From Devosia sp. (GTDB lineage Bacteria > Pseudomonadota > Alphaproteobacteria > Rhizobiales > Devosiaceae), in assembly GCF_017307495.1 (NCBI RefSeq), contig NZ_JAFKHE010000017.1, forward strand, positions 37,087-101,086: DNA of 64,000 bases, given 5' to 3'. The position numbers and the translations under genes are program-made. This document shows positions 62,114 to 64,000 of this stretch, piece by piece. Every line of letters begins with the position of its first letter. Positions within the stretch are counted from its first letter, which is position 1. The notes under the pieces are model-generated. The model saw nothing but the letters and a program-made list of their open reading frames with translations. It did not search any database and was not told where the DNA came from.

Positions 62114-63145
62114 TTAAGCCACCCGCCCGTTCGGCAGCGGGGTGCCCGGGGCGGCGAGCTTGCGGTCGGCGAGGGCATCCCAGAGGGCGTCCGGCACCTT
62201 GGTGTTCCACCAGTCGATGATGCCGGCGAGTTCGGCGGGCGACTTGGGGCCGGGCAGGATGTTGCAGATGGCCTTGTGGGCCAGCGGAAACTGCAGGGCG
62301 GCGGCGCCGATCGGGGTGCCGAACTCCTTGCACAGCGCCTCGAGTTCGGCGACCCGCTGGATGATGTGCGCGGGCGCGGCGGCGTAGTTCCACTTGCCGG
62401 TGCCCATCAGCGCGCCGCCGTTGAACGGGCCGCCGCAGACCACCGAGGCGCCGCGCTCGAGGCAGGTGGTGAGGAACGGCGCAAGCGAGGTCTGCTCGAG
62501 CAGGGTGTAGCGGCCGGCGAGCAGGAACACGTCCCACTCGCCGAGCTTGAAGGCGTCCATCAGCACTTCCCACTCGTTGACGCCGAGCCCGATGGCCTTG
62601 ACCTTGCCGGAGGCCTTGAGCTCGGTCAGCGCCTTGTAGCCGCCTTCCTCCGCCAGCTGCTTCCAGTAGATGGCGTTCTGCTCGGCGCCATGGGTGACGA
62701 CGCCGATATCGTGCACGAACAGGATGTCGACCTTGCTGAGGCCGAGGCGCTGCAGGCTCGCCTCGTAGGAGCGCATGACGCCGGCATAGGTGTAGTCGTA
62801 GACCTGCTCGAACGGGAACGGCCGGGCCCAGGCGTGCGGATAGTCGCGCTCGGCCTCGGACTGGATCGGGCGGAGCAGGCGGCCGACCTTGGTGGAGAGC
62901 GCGACGCCATGGGTGTGGTAGCGCAGGCCGTCGCCCATCAGGTGCTCGGAGCGGCCGTAGCCATATTGCGGCGCCGTGTCGAAGTAGCGGATGCCGGCAT
63001 TGAGCGCGGCGGTGACGGTGTCGCGCGCCTGCTGGTCGGGCACGTCCTGGAAGATGCCGGCGAGGGTCGCGCCGCCGAGGCCGAGCTCGGTCAGTTCGAG
63101 GTCGGTGCGGCCCACGCGGCGGGTGTTGAAGGCTGTGGCGCTCAT
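62114..63145 (-). CDS. Aldo/keto reductase (D-threo-aldose 1-dehydrogenase-like)
   Basis: LGLGGATL, RYFDTAPQYGYGRSE, LSTKVGR, ILFVHDI, LLAGRYTLLEQ. Confidence 0.9.
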   Translation of the reverse strand: MSATAFNTRRVGRTDLELTELGLGGATLAGIFQDVPDQQARDTVTAALNAGIRYFDTAPQYGYGRSEHLMGDGLRYHTHGVALSTKVGRLLRPIQSEAERDYPHAWARPFPFEQVYDYTYAGVMRSYEASLQRLGLSKVDILFVHDIGVVTHGAEQNAIYWKQLAEEGGYKALTELKASGKVKAIGLGVNEWEVLMDAFKLGEWDVFLLAGRYTLLEQTSLAPFLTTCLERGASVVCGGPFNGGALMGTGKWNYAAAPAHIIQRVAELEALCKEFGTPIGAAALQFPLAHKAICNILPGPKSPAELAGIIDWWNTKVPDALWDALADRKLAAPGTPLPNGRVA

Positions 63146-63189
63146 TGCTGGAACTCTCCCTGTGGACCTTGGTCCGCGATGGCGGCGGA

Positions 63190-63205
63190 CACTGACATGT
63201 CAGTG
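63190..63205. promoter_or_regulatory. Perfect 16-bp palindrome, candidate operator
   Basis: CACTGACATGTCAGTG, 45 nt upstream of the aldo/keto reductase ATG. Confidence 0.55.
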
Positions 63206-63247
63206 CCACGGGGTAAACCAGCCGAGGGTCCCAGGGCAAGTGCACAT

Positions 63248-63270
63248 GAGCCGGGCAGGGGCCCGGCTCA
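63248..63270 (-). terminator. Hairpin after the AraD1-like gene
   Basis: TGAGCCGGGC-AGGG-GCCCGGCTCA. Confidence 0.6.
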
Positions 63271-63280
63271 CATGTTCGTC

Positions 63281-64000
63281 TCAGAGCTGCCGGATCACCA
63301 CCGGGCGTTCGGCATCCCACGCCACGGCGTTGCGCAGCGGCAGGCCGAACTGGCTTTCCTCGATCTCGAAGACGTCGCCCGGTTCGGTCTTGATGCCATC
63401 GGCAAAGCTCAGCGTCGCGGTGCCGAACATGTGCACGTGGATGTCGCCGGGCTGGCGGAACAGATCGTACTTGAAGTGGTGGTGCTCGAGGTTGGCAATG
63501 GTGTGGCTCATGTTGTCCTCGCCGGAGAGGAACGGCTTTTCCCACAGCACCTTGCCGGCGCGCAGGATGCGCGACATGCCCGAGACATTGCGCGGCAGCT
63601 CGCCGACCCGCAGTTCCGGCCCGAACGAGCAGAAGCGGAGTTTCGAATGGGCGAGGAACAGGTAGTTCACCCGCTCGGTCACATGGTCGGAGAACTCGTT
63701 GCCGAGCGCAAAGCCGAGGCGGAACGGCGTGCCGTCCTTGCCGATATAGTAGATGCCGGCGATCTCGGGCTCCTCGCCCGCGTCCCTGGCGAAGGCCGGC
63801 GATGGGATCGGCTTGCCGGGGGCAGCGACGATGTTGCCGTTGCCCTTGTAGAACCATTCTGGCTGCACGCCGACCTGGCCGGGCGCGGGCTTGCCGCCCT
63901 CGAGGCCCATGCGGAACATCTTCATGCTGTCGGTCAGCGGCGCCTCGGCGGCCTGCTGGTTCGACTTGTGCATGGCGTCGCGGGTGGAGGCGGAGCCGAG
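63281..64000 (-). CDS. AraD1/GguC-like fumarylacetoacetate-hydrolase-family protein; 5' end outside the window
   Basis: QPEWFYKGNG, GEEPEIAG, GNEFSDH, LAHSKLR, HVHMFGT. Confidence 0.88.
   Translation of the reverse strand, partial: LGSASTRDAMHKSNQQAAEAPLTDSMKMFRMGLEGGKPAPGQVGVQPEWFYKGNGNIVAAPGKPIPSPAFARDAGEEPEIAGIYYIGKDGTPFRLGFALGNEFSDHVTERVNYLFLAHSKLRFCSFGPELRVGELPRNVSGMSRILRAGKVLWEKPFLSGEDNMSHTIANLEHHHFKYDLFRQPGDIHVHMFGTATLSFADGIKTEPGDVFEIEESQFGLPLRNAVAWDAERPVVIRQL

Overview
High-GC alphaproteobacterial chromosome segment (Hyphomicrobiales-like by gene order; the taxon is an inference). In order: a minus-strand sugar-acid catabolic operon running off the left edge; ilvIH with a leader-peptide attenuator; pdxJ; serS-surE-nlpD; yajC-secDF-Mth938-phytoene synthase-like; trmFO; two small DUF1127-type ORFs; a dipeptidase; uvrA/ssb with LexA boxes; a diguanylate cyclase; an MMPL transporter; gyrA; an ABC-F protein; a lower-GC patch (SelA/DgaE-like enzyme plus RidA-like protein); a Caulobacter-type flagellar cluster (flgHAGF, fliLM, fliPO, flgBC, fliE, fliQR, flhB) ending at cckA; then cutC, a methyltransferase and the start of another sugar catabolic locus. 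I found no tRNA, rRNA, CRISPR array, integrase or transposase, but there are many REP/MITE-like palindromes. I cannot claim a proven new system. The strongest leads are: (1) GyrA with four changes in the quinolone pocket ([10 protein letters not shown] instead of HPH-GDSAVYD); (2) two unannotated ~50-aa ORFs, each behind a duplicated T-N11-A promoter cassette; (3) a three-hairpin UCCCC-loop RNA candidate after flgH; (4) a ~45-50 aa low-GC in-frame insertion in SerRS; (5) a sigma54/IHF/enhancer/CtrA architecture in the flagellar promoters; (6) an Fe/2OG dioxygenase-led sugar-acid operon with an atypical enolase. All motifs and GC values were read or counted by hand; no database searches were run.
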